Below, piece by piece: positions 61,801 through 64,000 of a DNA stretch of 64,000 nucleotides. The first letter of the stretch is position 1. Every line of letters begins with the position of its first letter. Source of the DNA: Vicugna vicugna. Its lineage: Eukaryota. The stretch spans positions 75,202-139,201 of the forward strand of contig MU057959.1 of assembly GCA_013265495.1 (NCBI GenBank), given 5' to 3'. The position numbers and the translations under genes are program-made. The notes under the pieces were generated by a model. The model did not search any database, was not told the DNA's origin, and was given only the letters and a program-made list of their open reading frames with translations.

Positions 61801-64000
61801 TGCATTTCTCTGATAGTGATATTGAGCATTTTTTCATGTGCCTAGTGATCATTTGTATGTCTTCCTTGGAGAATTGCTTGTTTAGGTCTTCTGCCCATTT
61901 TTGGATTGGGTTGCTTATTTTTTTCTTATTAAGTCGTATCAGCTGCTTATATATTCTGGAGATCAAACCTTTGTCGGTTTCACTTGCAAAATTTTTTCCC
62001 ATTCCTTAGGTTGTCTTTTTGTTTTACTTATGGATTCCTTTGCTGTGCAGAAGCTTGTAAGTTTCATTAGGTCCCATTTGTTTATTAAGAACATTTTTGT
62101 ATGTCAGATAGTGTTTGGCCTATATTTTCCTCTAGGAGGTTTATTGTATCTTGTCTTATGTTTAAGTCTTTGATCCAGTAGTCTTACCATATGACCCAAG
62201 AATCCCGCTCCTGGGCATATATCCAGAAGGGACCCTACTTCAGGATGACACTTGCACCCCAATGTTCATAGCAGCATAATTTACAACAGGCAAGACATGG
62301 AAACAGCCTAAATGTCCATCAACAGATGACTCGATAAGGGAGAGGTGGTATATTTATAGAATGGAATACTACTCAGCCATAAAAACTGACAATATAACGC
62401 CATTTGCAGCAACATGGATGTCCCTGGAGAATGTCATTCTAAGTGAAGTAAGCCAGAAAGAGAAAGAAAAATACCATATGTGATCGCTCATATGTGGAAT
62501 CTAAAAAAAAAACCCCAAACAAAACAAAGCATAAATACAAAACAGAAATAGACTCAGAGACATAGAATACAAACTTCTGGTTGCCAGCTGGGCAGGGGGT
62601 GGGAAGAGATAGAGTAGGATTTCAAAACTGTAGAATAGATAAACAAGATTATACTGTATAGCACAGAGAAATGTATACAAGATTTTATGGTAGCTCACAG
62701 AGAACAAAATGTGACAATGAATATATATATGTTCATGTATAACTGAAAAATTATGCTCTACATTGGAATTTGACACAACATTGGAAAATGAGTATAAATC
62801 AATAAAAATATTTGAAAAACAAATAAATAAATAAGAGAGGGAAATTTTTTAAAATAATAAAAGAAAACAATAACAACAATTTTAAAAAATTTATCCAAAT
62901 CTTAAAAAGAAAAAGACTAAAAACAATATCATGAGAAACAGAAGAAAAAAACATTAAAAATAAGAAACAAATTAAAATAAATTTTAAATAAAAAGTAAAA
63001 TTTTAAGAGATTAAAAAAAGAAAAAGAATAAGCTGTTAGGGAATAAAAAATTAAAATTAAGTATTAGAAAATAAAGAACGTATAACTCTGTAGACTGTGC
63101 ATTCCTAATAATTAGTTCTGTTTTAAGTATGGGTTTTTGCCAAGTTTTTCTTGCATGCTTTTTGGCTGTTATCCCTTTGGTTGGGACTTTGACTAGTGTG
63201 GTGTTCAGAGCCTGCCTTCGCTATTGAACAGAGCCTCCTTTTTGTTCTGTGGTTGTAGCCTCATTCTGCCCCTGCCCCACTGTGCTAACTGGAGCTCCAC
63301 TCTGTTCTTCCAGAGGCGTTCGAGTCAAGCCCTAACATCACACCCCCTTTCAGTGCCTTTCCCTGCACCTGGGCTGCACATAGTAGACAGGCTTGCAGAA
63401 AATGGCTGCACCATCCCTCACCCCTCCTCTGTGCCAGACTCCACTCCTTGCTCATTTGTTTTAGAGATGTGAGTCCACAGAGGCACCAGTGTAGTAAGGT
63501 CCCCTCTGACTGGGGTTGTAAACAAATCTCAGTCCCACCTATGAGCTTCCAGAGCTACTGTGTATGAATTAAGGTTTCATCCTGACCTCTGCCTGGGTGC
63601 CAAGCACCTGGGAATGTGGCGGCTGTGACCAAGCCCCACCACTCTCTCCCAAGAGTGCACCAGCAATGGTGCCATGGTTCTGCTGAGACAATACTATGGC
63701 ACCCCTCCCACCAGGGCATACCAGCAGAGTTGCTTTCGATTTCTTTTTTAAATTTCATGATGTATCCAGGCTATTCTGTCATATGTACTCTCCAAGACAC
63801 AGTGCAGAGCACACTCCAGTCCCGAGGTTGCCTCTGTACAATGGACCCCAGTCCTCTACTCGGCTTAGCAACTCATCCCATCCCAGCTACAATTGTTCTC
63901 ATCTAGGGCTTGGGGGGTCACAGGGACCCTTTGTGCCTGTTTCACTTAGTTCTGTCAGTCAAGGGCTATTCTTTACAGATCCCAGCTTCCAAGGTTCCCC
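55830..64000 (-). mobile_element. Near full-length degenerate LINE-1 (3' UTR, ORF2, ORF1, 5' UTR running off the window)
   Basis: ORF2 fragments 56258-56500, 57777-58064, 58358-58573, 59081-59599; ORF1 region ~60430-61310; 5' UTR homologous to 42260-43150. Same insertion context as the L1 at 38022. Confidence 0.92.
61535..62835 (+). mobile_element. Young L1 insertion with 5' inversion (twin priming) inside the older L1 5' UTR
   Basis: 61535-62177 is inverted and 62178-62835 is forward with an A-rich tail; TSD-like agagggaaa(a)ttt at 61522-61534 and 62836-62847; empty site at ~41965-41985. Confidence 0.88.

Noticed and set aside
1..64000. Prokaryotic-type systems (CRISPR arrays, operons) and tRNA/rRNA genes
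   Set aside because: The sequence is mammalian; no regularly spaced repeat-spacer array or structural RNA gene was seen.

Overview
This is mammalian genomic DNA, very rich in LINE-1, with four N-gaps. It is probably camelid or another non-ruminant, non-pig artiodactyl (inferred: artiodactyl-type L1 3' ends, and no Alu, B1, Bov-A/BovB or PRE-1 recognised). The ORF track misses the main feature because it is spliced: a head-to-tail, minus-strand tandem array of secreted lipocalin genes of the odorant-binding protein (OBP) / Bos d 2 type. Copy B (33266 to 26733, 7 exons) splices by hand into an intact 178-aa protein with TATA box, signal peptide, GT-AG introns and AATAAA. It is highly atypical: the GxW glycine is lost, the canonical barrel Cys is replaced by Ser, there are seven Cys in the mature chain, and the stop codon is split across the last intron. 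Copy C (50329 to ~43770) is a full-length pseudogene with several lesions. Copy A (~12788 to ~10248) has lost its promoter and exons 1-3 in a ~5 kb deletion. By hand count, exons 3 and 4 of B and C have diverged about twice as much as a neighbouring intron segment, suggesting diversifying selection. Shared and private L1, LTR and MER20 insertions record the duplication history and suggest the array continues beyond the window. All alignments and counts are manual; no database search was run.
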